Source: Podarcis gaigeae (taxonomy: Eukaryota). Taken from it: a stretch of 64,000 nt of DNA. Below the pieces are notes generated by a model. The model was given only the letters and a program-made list of their open reading frames with translations. It did no database searches and had not been told where the DNA came from. The stretch is from NCBI GenBank assembly GCA_964106915.2, contig OZ066918.1. The stretch is one strand, 5' to 3'. Of the stretch, positions 36,144 through 47,049 are shown one piece after another. Position 1 is the first letter of the stretch. The number at the start of each line of letters is the position of its first letter. The translations under genes and the position numbers were made by a program.

Positions 36144-36385
36144 CAGTGGTACCATGGGTTACATACCCTTCAGGTTACATACGCTTCAGGTTACAGACTC
36201 CGCTAATCCAGAAATAGTGCTTCAGGTTAAGAACTTTGCTTCAGGATGAGAACAGAAATCATGCTGCGGCGGCACGGCAGCAGCAGGAGGCCCCATTAGC
36301 TAAAGTGGTGCTTCAGGTTAAGAACAGTTTCAGGTTAAAAACAGACCTCCGGAATGAATTAAGTACTTAACCCGAGGCACCACTG
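36144..36385. mobile_element. Tc1/mariner (Tigger-like) MITE
   Basis: TA|CAGTGGTACC...GGCACCACTG|TA. Confidence 0.9.
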
Positions 36386-37368
36386 TAATTGCATTTCTAT
36401 GTGCACTTTACCCTAGGACAGGGATGGGGAACCTCCTCTTCATGGGCCAAACTGGGCCTGCCAGGGGGTCCAAATTGGCCCTGGAATCTCACATTGCTCA
36501 CAGATTGGGGTGGTGCACAACAACACTATCTTCAGACATGATTCCATAAGGTGAGAACAAAATCACTGCAATGCAGTTGCCTATGCGTTTGTAGCAGTCC
36601 AGAAAGATTTGAGGGTTTATAACAGAAAGTGGGGGGAAGCTCTCCTTACCTTTTTTGGATTGGAATTCCCCCGCTCCAAATCCTGGGAATGTAGGATGGA
36701 AGAAAAGAAAATTATCAGCATCCATAAAGGACAATTCTCTGGACTCTTTCAGTGAAGCCTTTCAAAGCCACGACAATTAGAGTCACATATGTGAACCAAG
36801 CGCTTTTGTCTTCTGTATGTTTTAAGCAGCACACGTGGGATCAGACTCAATGCCAGAATTTAATTCCGTACATCAAAATAAGTACATCTATTCAGAGTAG
36901 AGTGATGAAACAGTCTTCAGAACATCAGACCTTTTTGTTGTGACAGAGCTGACGTTAATATCAGCAAATTCCAAATGTTCCAAATCGTTTCAATGGCCCC
37001 GTGGTTTGATCCGAGACTCATTTAGCTTCTTTCTTCAGCTAATTAGGCAACTGGGAGATTTATGATGTAATTCAGTCTATTAAATGTTTTCTTCAATTTG
37101 ACATCTAATTCATCAATGTCCACTGCCTCTGCAGGTGTAATTTAAATTCTCCCATACTAATGCACAGCACTTTCTTATTATCAGAGAAGCACATTGAATT
37201 CTCCAGGACCACCATACATGTTTTGACCATATAATATACTGGAGACAAATTCTAGTAGCTCCCTTTCATATGTTTCTTTTAAAAAAACAAAACACTGGGG
37301 TGTACGGAAGGGAAGGAATGAGATTTAGATGTCTGTGTGTTTTCCTAACCCTCCATGTACATGGGGAA

Positions 37369-37403
37369 ATCGCTTCTCGGCCATTTTGCTAAGATCAAGT
37401 GTA
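37369..37403 (+). pseudogene. 3'-truncated U2 snRNA retropseudogene (U2 nt 1-35)
   Basis: ATCGCTTCTCGGCCATTTTGCTAAGATCAAGTGTA vs U2 ATCGCTTCTCGGCCTTTTGGCTAAGATCAAGTGTA (2 mismatches); 16-bp TSD. Confidence 0.92.
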
Positions 37404-37622
37404 CCATATACATGGGCAACTGCTTCTGAATATTGAGGAACACCTCACCATCGGTGAAACCCACAGGGGAATCACATGACTGAATGCTTTCTCATGTCAG
37501 AAATTCCCTCCCAGTGGAAAGATAGCAAGTCTGAGAGAAGGGAGCCTAGCTTAGCTTTTTAACTGATGTGCTAGTTTTCTAACCATAGGGTTTCAGCTCC
37601 AGCGGAAAGCCTCAAACATGTA

Positions 37623-38097
37623 TTTGTTGTTGTTGTTGTTGTTGTTTAGTCGTTTAGTCATGTCCGACTCTTCGTGACCCCATGGACCAGAGCACGCCAG
37701 GCACTCCTGTCTTCCGCTGCCTCCCGCAGTTTGGTCAAACTCATGCTGGTAGCTTCAAGAACATTGTCCAACCATCTCGTCCTCTGTCGTCCCCTTCTCC
37801 TTGTGCCCTCCATCTTTCCCAACATCAGGGTCTTTTCCAGGGAGTCTTCTCTTCTCATGAGGTGGCCAAAGTAGTGGAGCCTCAGCTTCAGGATCTGTCC
37901 TTCCAGTGAGCACTCAGGGCTGATTTCCTTCAGAATGGATAGGTTTGATCTTCTTGCAGTCCATGGGACTCTCAAGAATCTCCTCCAGCACCATAATTCA
38001 AAAGCGTCAATTCTTCGGCGATCAGCCTTCTTTATGGTCCAGCTCTCACTTCCATACATCACTACTGGGAAAACCATAGCTTTAGCTATACAGACCT
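37623..38097 (-). mobile_element. 5'-truncated Bov-B LINE
   Basis: ORF 37658-38131 is the Bov-B C-terminus; (CAA)n tail; short TSD TCAAACA. Confidence 0.95.
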
Positions 38098-38999
38098 TCA
38101 AACAGCTTAAATATCCTATATTTGTATGCAATGAATTGCCTTTCGTAAACTGGCTTGGGAGGGTTTTCCCTGACAGGCAGCATCTAAATATTAAGAATGA
38201 ATGAATGAATGAATGCAGGTCCCTCCAGATTGGTGGGTGGGTTTGTTTTGCAGGTGTATTTTACAACATGTCATAGATGCCATAACATCGCATCCATGCT
38301 GGATTTATTCTGAACTGTCCACACATTGTTCTGCTTTATGAGTTGCTCTGTGATGCTGCCCAAACGATACTTGATTTTAATGCAGAGGGGAACTTGTTCT
38401 AGCCAGGGTAAAAACATGTATCTTAAGCATATATCAAAAACTGTACAATGAAGGTGCCAAACATATACCTCTGCAGAGAGGGAATTTCACAACTCTTGCA
38501 ATTTAGATCAACAGAAACAGGACGGCCTCCCCCATCTGGATATTTGTGGTATGAAAAGTTCTAGGATTTCAGCAGGAAGCTACAGGACATGCATGGAGCA
38601 TGAAACAGTATTGAATGCAGGATTACTACCACGCTCCCATCATGAGTACAAATCATCACAAAATTTGGAGGGCCCTCCAAAATAAAAAGGCAGCGGCTGC
38701 CGCAGTGGATTGCTCCCATACTAATATGAGGATCTGTAAGTTTTTTCACCCCACTTTGGTGACTCTGATGCCATGCCGACGTCTCGCCCCTTCTGAGATC
38801 CATCACTTTGTGTGGATGAGGTCAGCTATACCCTCCAACATTTCTCTGATGAAAATAGGGACGTCCCATTCCATAATGATAAGTTTACTATTTATACCCT
38901 ACACATCTTACTGGGTTGCCCCAGCCACTCTGGGCAGCTTCCAACACATATAAAAACATAATTAAACATTAAAAAAACACCCTTCCCTATACAGGATTG

Positions 39000-39263
39000 T
39001 GTTAAGTTGTGGGTGAACCTATCAGGCGACACAGCGATTCTTCAGACAGCTCTTGTTTATTCACAGGCCAGAACAGAACTGGGCTGAAGGGTTCAGCCAA
39101 CCTGCTTATATAGAGCTCAACTACAAAGCAACAGTAACAACTTTCTGTAACTATCCAATCACTGAACGTCACTTTCAATTCCTTATTTGCATATGCGGAC
39201 CTGAGTGAAAACCATCTACAGTATCCCCCTGCTGGCCCAGGGTGAGAACTTCAGTACATAACA
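39000..39263 (-). mobile_element. Solo LTR (264 bp)
   Basis: TGTTA...TAACA termini, perfect 5-bp TSD GATTG, minus-strand TATATAA and AATAAA in LTR order. Confidence 0.85.
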
Positions 39264-39298
39264 GATTGCCTTCAGACTGCTCAGGGATTGGATAACTC

Positions 39299-39435
39299 CA
39301 TACCCTCCAACATTTCTTGGATGAAAATAGGGACATCCTAAGGAAAAGCGGGATGTCTCAGGATCAAACCAGAAACTGGGACGGCTTCTTTAAATCAGGG
39401 ATGTCCCTGGAAAATAGGGACACTTGGAGGGTCTG
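39299..39435. mobile_element. MITE (CATACCCTCCAA...TTGGAGGGTCTG)
   Basis: TIRs; left-end sequence repeated at 38827-38868. Confidence 0.7.
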
Positions 39436-40662
39436 GAGATCAGAAGCACGCAGGTGGAGGCAAAGGAATCAGGCATGGAACCAGCTGCCAGAGGAAGGCA
39501 TCCAGAGGCCCTCAGAATGCTGAGCTGAAACAGATTCCATTCTCTTTAAAGGAGCTTCCATCAGCAGCTCTGTGCACATTTTGCTTGGATTAGTCAACCT
39601 AGTCATGCTATTCCCAGAAGTGGAAATGTGTCTGGAGTCAATGGTTTGGATCATTCCAAACTCATGAGAAGACTGAGTGCAGAGAGGGACAAAGGAGTAG
39701 CATTCCCCTGCTTCTTCCATTTGTTCACACATTTCATATGGCTGGAGGACGTCCTCTTTTGCCGTTAAATCTGGCTTGTAAAAATAATCGTATGCACCCG
39801 AGAGGCCTCGGTGGACAGAAACACCTTGGCACAACAGTTCTTATCAGCTTTACAATTCCATGTTTACTGAAACGGTACTCCTGGTGGCATGTCCGTTGCA
39901 ACATTTCCACTTCTGCTGTGCCAGCTTTTCTCCCTTTCCGGCCTCAGCCGGTTCCTCCCACCCACAGCCGTGGGGGACCTGCTGCCTAGTAGCAATCTTG
40001 GAGAGATGACATTTGCATCCCCCGCCCCTGCTGCAGCCGATTTGCCAGTTAGCTGGAACTCTGAAGAGGCATGAGCCAAGGCAGTATTTGCCAAGGTCCT
40101 CATATGTTTCCATTTTGTTCTCCTTTTTACAGCCAGTGAGGCCAGAAGGGACTGTCACTGCCATTTATCATTGCGGGAGTCAGAAGGGTCAAGGCAAACG
40201 TTCTTTGCATAACATGACACAAGGAATAAAAGTGCTGATGGCACCTAGTGGGGAAATTTGCACATGGTCTACAGTCATGGAACTGAGCACCATGACAAGT
40301 TTGGATTTGGCTCAAAAGAAAGCTCAGGAATGTCCAGATATCTTCGGTTTTGGAGAGGGGAGAAGGGGCGGAAAAGGGGTGGCTGGCAATGGTTGGATGG
40401 GCTTGTTTGTGTCAACCTTCTGTGCAGCTCAGTTTTGAACACAATGTTAAAAAATCATTTCTTCTGGGAATTAATTTCTCTTCCCTTCTCAGTTTTATGC
40501 AAGCAGCATTTTGGAAGGCTGGCCATATAGGCAAGAGGATAGAGATGTTGTTGTTGTTTTAAAATTTAATGGGACTTACTGTATAATGTAAAGTGGATTG
40601 CCTACTTTTGTGCTAAGTTTTCAGTTTTCGCTTTACACTGATCCGAACATGAGGAATTTTTA

Positions 40663-41203
40663 CCGTATTTTTCGCTCTATAGGACGCACTTTTCCCCCTC
40701 CAAAAATGAAGGGGAAATGTGTGTGCGTCCTATGGAGCGAATGCAGGCTTCAGGAAGCTATCCGCAAGCCTTCGGAGCATGGCGACCACCGGTGGAGCAC
40801 TGCAGCCTGAAGCCCGGGGAGCGCAGCGCTGTGCACCCCGGGCTTCAGGCAGCTATCCGCAAGCCTTGGGAGCCTGGCAGGAGTTCCCGCTGGGCTCCCA
40901 AGGCTTGTGGAAAGCAGCAAGCTCCGGGAGGGGGGGCGAGGTTGCGTGCAACCTCGCCCCCCCTCCCAGACCCGTTCTGGGGGCTGGGGTTGAGGGAAGC
41001 TCAGGCTTCCCCTACCCCAGCCCCATGGCTAAAAACGAAGCCAAGACAGCGAGCAGGATCCATCCCAAAGCCGCGTGCAGCCTTTCCCGGCTGGAGAGGT
41101 TGTGCGTGGCTAAAGAGATGGATCCTGCTCGATCCATTCAATTTTTTTCTTCTTTATTTCCTCCGCTAAAAACTAGGTGCGCCCTATGGCGCGAAAAATA
41201 CAG
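40663..41203. mobile_element. Tc2/pogo-like MITE
   Basis: TA|CCGTATTTTTCGC...GCGAAAAATACAG|TA; GC-rich interior explains ORFs at 40717-41225. Confidence 0.85.
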
Positions 41204-42891
41204 TAGTACCCAAACCTCACTTTAAACTCTGCAGATTCAGATATCTGAACAGTGAGCATTTTTTAACTTCCTTGTTTGCCTTTTGCTGGTTGGCTGAGGG
41301 AGGGGGAAGGGGCGTGATCGGATAAATCAGAGAGTGTTTGGGAGAGGGTTCCCGGTGGTTTTTTTCCTTTCCTCCTTTTCTTTTGGGGGTCAAAGTTCCA
41401 TGGTTGGGAAATTTCCCCATAAGAATCAATGGAAATTGTTAACTTGTAATCCGAATGCTTGTGTAATGAACAATTTGCAGGGAATGCATTGTGTTTGGTA
41501 AGCAGGGCTTGCATGTATCTGTGGCAAAGCTGGAGTGGCAAAGCCATTTACCTCAGAGCAATAACGCTGTAATAGTTGCTGGGGGATGAACTATGCTAGC
41601 AGCCAAGTCCTCCTCAAACATCAGAGCAAGCCAGAGGGCCGCCGACACAGCCTTCCACATGACGGCTTTTCGCTGGCCATTTTGTTAAAACAATTAAGGG
41701 CCCATCTCCCTCTAGCAGAAGGAGGTGGAACCTACGGTCCTCCAAATCTTGTTGGACTACAACTCCCATCATCCTTGACCACTGGCCATGCTGGCTGGGG
41801 CTGATGGCAGCTGGAGTTTCCCATTCCTGGCACTTGCAGAAGTTTGCAGAGGGGCTTGTAATGGTTCAGTCAACCCTCAGGCCTCTCCATGGAAGGTCCT
41901 CATGCCAGCTGGTAGCAAAGGAATGCATAAGCAGAAGAAAGCCTACACAGATAGAAAAGGGTTGATAGATGGGGAAATTTGGGGCTACGCTGGCAGGACC
42001 AATCAGAGGAACCTGTCCTGAAATTCATTGCTGGAGATGGAAGGGCCATTTCTTCTCTCATAGGAAATATCGTGAGAAGCAGGTTTCTATTCAGTATGTG
42101 GGAACAGAGTGGATTAACTATGTTTACTTTTGTGTATTCATTTAAAGTGAAAATGTACTTTTAAAAAAAAGCCCTGACAGCAAAATGTTTCTTGGCTTTA
42201 GAGGGTCTCCGTTCTGGGAAACCTGTTGGCATTTTATTCTCTTGCACATTTGTTTGTGTGTTGTTGTCGTCTTTTGCTCTGAATACCACAAGATGATTGC
42301 TATATGTGTGTTTTTTTAAAACAACCCACCTCCCACAGTTTGGTATTTTCAACAAAGGAAAACAAAACCCTCATTCTTTCCCAGTAAAATGATTATATGT
42401 TGCTTTGGTGAAAGTTAAATTGCATTATTCCGTTTCAAGGGCAGGTTGTGCAAGCTAGATGAAGAATTGTTTCCTGGGAAAGAAGAATATTGCCCTTCTG
42501 TTGCCAACCAAAGGTTGGTTTTAGACCAGAAAACTGGGAGGGCTGGAGGGAGGGGTCCCCATTCCGTTCTCAAGAGTGGCTGCTGACATCTGTGGGGGTA
42601 AAGACAGGACCAATAATGGGAAAAAACCAAGTAAAAGTCAACATATAGAGCTGCATAATTCTTCATAAAAGGTGCTCCGGTCCAGTGCGTTTGTGAGTTG
42701 TAATTTTGGACGAAGCTTTCTTAAAGCCCATAGCCCATCCTGATGCTCTGCTCAGGAGGTAAATTGAATAACTTTTAAAATGTGGAACACGTAATCCTTA
42801 TTTCCTGCTTGCGTTTCTTTTCTTTTCTTTAGCCATTTGCCACTGTGGCATTTGTTTTGATGGTTCTGCTTTCCCTGAATAACTAAGAATA

Positions 42892-43103
42892 CAGTGGAAC
42901 CTTGGTTCTCGACTCCCGAAATGTTCGAAAACCAAGGCTTGGTTTCCGGTTGGCTGCAGGAGCTTCCTGCACTCAAGTGGAAGCCGTATCAGATGTTTGG
43001 CTTCCAAAAACATTTGAAATCCGGAACACTTGCTTCCAGGTTTTTAGCGTTAGGGAGCCGATTTGTTCGTCGACTAAGCTGTTTGAGAACCAAGGTTCCA
43101 CTG
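42892..43103. mobile_element. Tigger-like MITE
   Basis: Perfect 19-bp TIR CAGTGGAACCTTGGTTCTC; TA flanks. Confidence 0.9.
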
Positions 43104-43619
43104 TATAGGAAGCTGCTGTGCTGAGTCCATAAAGCTCAGTATTGTCTACACTGACTTGAGCGGCTGCCCAGGAGTCTCTCCCAGACCTGCCTCCCTCTCT
43201 CTCAGGGCACTCCCTTCCTTTCCTACTGTCTTGCAGCCTTGGCCTAGACCTCACACCCCACAAGCCCCCACAACGGAATTGGCTGCTGCCACCTGCTAGC
43301 ATCCTGGCGAGGTGAGGAGGGAGCGGTGTGCAGGCAGGGCCTGCTGTCATCCCCTGGTGAGCACCTAGCTCAGTCTCTCAGGGTCAGCCCCATGCCAGGT
43401 AGCACTGCCTCCTGCACCCAGAGCCCGACTGCCCAGGTCTTGGAAGCTGTGCAGCCTCTGTCAGGTGTGTGTGTGTGGGGGGGGCTCAGCGTGGGCTTGG
43501 CTCCGGCCTCTCTCCCTTCGTCTATTGGGAGACCTTCTGGCAGGGGGTGGAGCAAGAGGCTGCCCCAATATTTTATTCAAGTTGGTGCCACTCTCCTGGG
43601 AAGTGTAGTTTACCTCTTA

Positions 43620-43976
43620 AAGGTAAAGGGTAAAGGGACCCCTGACCATTAGGTCCAGTCGTGGCCGACTCTGGGGTTGCGGCGCTCATCTCGCTTTATT
43701 GGCCGAGCGAGCCAGCGTACAGCTTCCAGGTCATGTGGCCAGCATGACTAAGCCGCTTTTGGTGAACCAGAGCAGCGCACGGAAACACCGTTTACCTTCC
43801 CGCCAGAGCGGTACCTATTTATCTACTTGCACTTTGACATGCTTTCGAACTGCTAGGTTGGCAGGAGCAGGGACTGAGCAATGGGAGCTCACCCCGTAGC
43901 GGGGATTCGAACTACCAACCTTCTGATCGGCAAGTCCTAGACTCTGTGGTTTAACCCACAGCTCCACCCGTGTCCC
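43620..43976 (-). mobile_element. Sauria SINE, full length
   Basis: (AAAGGT)n tail on + strand; 14-bp TSD TAGTTTACCTCTTA. Confidence 0.93.
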
Positions 43977-45120
43977 TTTTAGTTTACCTCTTAGAGAGCT
44001 TCAATTCCCAGCACACTGAGCAAACTCTAGTTCCCCATGTGCTTTAAATTTCTGGTGTGCGTGCATACAAATGAGGATGAATGCTCAATAAAAGGGTTGT
44101 TTGGAAGCAAGTGAATGCATACTGGCCTCTTGGGAGGATGAACCGAGTCTGGATTGGGCCTCCGAATATCCCCTCCTTCCCCATCAAGCCACTGAACAGC
44201 AGGGTACAAGCTGTTTTTATAGTGCTGCTGTGCGGTGCACATAAAATTGATCACAATTGCGCTCATAAAACTAGAACGCAACGGGTTGGCAACAATAACA
44301 TCCGGATTGTCTGTTTTAAAAAAACCCCAAGCCAAAACTGAACTGAGGGACGAGTTGTGTTCCAGACCAAATGGCTAGCATGGGTGCACAACCTTGATAA
44401 TCCAATATGAACTGCGTAACAATGGCATTCTGAGCTCTGCAGCTTTCAGGCTGAGTATGGACATTACTTTGAATGTCACGCTGAAAAAACAAAACCTTAT
44501 AAAAGTTTATTTGGCAGTTGAAGTATAAAATATGCAGCGGTGGGATATATACACATATACTTTGACAGCTTCCTCTGTATTCTGATTGATGCCTTTTTGC
44601 TTATGTCTTTTCAGAAGGGCAACGCGAAAGCGCGGCAGTGATGTTTCCCTTTTATTGTATTCCAAGGTATAATCGACTACAGGGGGACCCAGCTTATGCT
44701 TCTTATTTCATGCAATTATGTTTGGCTCTGAAGCAGGGGGTCTCTTCAGTTTCACAGTTTCATGTTCCATATTGTTCCAATAACACTTAGGCTGAAGGGA
44801 AGGATTTAAGATGGCTGATGATAGCTTTAGTGAAATAATGGGCTGCAAAATTGGGACAATTTCACACAAAATTCTGCTGGAGTCAGGGAACCATAATTTT
44901 GTTCCAAAGGTTTCCGCGTCCACGTGGATTTCAAATTACTCAAAGTACCACTGCTTACGAAATCAATTAAATGCCCCCCCCGCAACACAGGTATTGGCCT
45001 GCCCCCTGCCCCGCCACAGTGCTCCAGTTAATACATTACCACATAGTAAGATTGAAAAGCACCTCAGAGATGAAGCTGCCTAACGCCAGGTCCAACCAAG
45101 TCAGAGTATATTGGTCCATC

Positions 45121-45487
45121 AGGGATGTGGGTGGCGCTGTAGGTTAAACCACTGAACCTCTTGGGCTTGCTGACTGGAAGGTTGGCGGTTTGAATCCCCG
45201 TGACGGGGTGAGCTCCCATTGCTCAGTCCCAGCTCCTGCCAGCCTAGCAGTTCGAAAGCATGCCAGTGCAAATAGATAAATAGGTACTGCTGTGGTGGGA
45301 AGGTAAATGGTGTTTCCGAGTGCTCTGGTTTCCAGAAGCGGTTTAGTTATGCTGGCCACATGACCCAGAAAACTGTGTGGACAAACGCCGGCTCCATCAG
45401 CCTGAAAGCGCGATGAGTGCTGCAACCCCATAGTTGCCTTTGGCTGGACTTAACCATCCAGGGGTCCTTTTCCTTTACCTTTTTACC
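45121..45487 (+). mobile_element. Sauria SINE, full length, inserted in an older repeat
   Basis: 14-bp TSD TATATTGGTCCATC. Confidence 0.92.
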
Positions 45488-46439
45488 TATATTGGTCCAT
45501 CTAGCCTAGCACTGTCTACACTCACTGGCGGTAGCCGTCAGGGGTTTCAGACAAGGATTCTCCCTGCCGCACCTGAAAGTGCAGGGAACTGAACCTGAAT
45601 TGCTCTGTGTTACGCATGAGGCATGTGCTCTCCCAAGGAGCTTCATCCCTTCTGCATGCAGATGCCGCAATTTGGCAGAAGCTGGGGAGTGGGCAGTGCC
45701 ATTTCATTCATTCATTTATTTCAGCTATTTCATTCATTGCATCTCTAACCCACCCTTTTACTCCAAGGAGCTCATGGTGGTATGCATGGTCCTCCAGCTC
45801 CTCCTTTAATCCCTGTAACAACCCTGTGATGTAGGTTACACCGAGGGGCAATGACTAGCCCAAAGTCACCCAGCGAGCTTCATGGCCGAGTGCGGATTTG
45901 AACCCTGGTCTCTCCCAGGTCCTAGTCCAATGCTCTAACCACTACACCATCTGGGCTTTCTGCAAAACAGATGCTGTTTACATTGCTTTCCCTGTAGCCC
46001 CTAAACTACCCTGCTGTCCTTGGGTGCAGTGGAAGACACTGTCCCATCACAAGATTCATCAACCAGTCCAGCTGGCTTCTTTATATGAACTGGAGGGCAT
46101 CTTGCTCTTTGCCCAGGGTAGCAAAATGTCTTCAGCTGGCCATGAACCTATATAGAGCCCCCAATTTATGTGCTCTCTTTTTAAGGGACCAGAACTGACT
46201 GGATTGGAAATCCACAAAACAAGGTGGATGATTAAAAGGAGGGGTAGCACCTGGTGTATTCAGAGTCTTAGGACACTTAGAAATAAGAATCTGGATACTT
46301 ATCAAGTGGGTGTAGTTTAGTTTTATGATTCTTTCTTTTTATGACTCTCACTCTCCCTTCCAGAATCCCTTTTGTCCTATTAGGGTACTCATAGAAGGGG
46401 AAAAAAGTTTCCAACATAATTAACCCAATGAACTGATGT

Positions 46440-46830
46440 CCCCAATTTGATGTCCCCAAGTTCTCAAGGACCGCCTCTTCCCATATGAACCAACCAGGAC
46501 ACTGCGATCATCATCTTTGTGAGTCACCTCCACTAGAGGTCTGGAGGGTGGCAACATGAAAATGTGCTCGCTCCCCATTTGTGGAATGTTCTCCCTGGGG
46601 AAACTCACCTGGCATCTTCATTGCATATCTTCAGGCACCAGGGAAAAACGTTCCTCTACTCCCAGGCCTTTTGCTAATTAAGCAAACTATGGCCTTTTAA
46701 ACTATAGGTGTGTCCGTGCATGTGCAGACATGTGTATTGTCTTTGTTACTATGTTACTACAGTATGTTATATATTTTTTGTGTTTTTATATTGTAAACTG
46801 CTCAGTGATCCCTGGATGAAAGGCGGTACA
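46440..46830 (+). mobile_element. Old L2 3' fragment
   Basis: Degenerate similarity to 23510-23850 (CTCAAGGACCGCCTC...GGACACTGCGATC...TGGAATG). Confidence 0.6.
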
Positions 46831-46911
46831 GAAATCTTATTAATTTCACCTCCCTCCTTATGTAGGCAGCTGCTGCCGCCTTCGCTGTGTGTCTGTTTTG
46901 AGCATCTATCA

Positions 46912-47049
46912 CAGCCTTTCTCAACCTGTGGGTCCCCAGATGTTGTTGAACTACAACTCCCATCATCCCTAGCTAGCAAGGCCAGAGCTCAGGGATGATG
47001 GGAGTTGTAGCCCAACAACATCTGGGGACCCACAGGTTGAGAACCGCTG
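46912..47049. mobile_element. Palindromic hAT MITE
   Basis: ~57-bp inverted arms; TSD ATCTATCA / ATCAATCA. Confidence 0.9.

Noticed and set aside
37369-37403. Functional U2 gene, or target of a U2-specific retrotransposon (Keno/Utopia)
   Set aside because: Only 35 nt with no Sm site or 3' part, and the TSD encloses the U2 piece alone with no element following.
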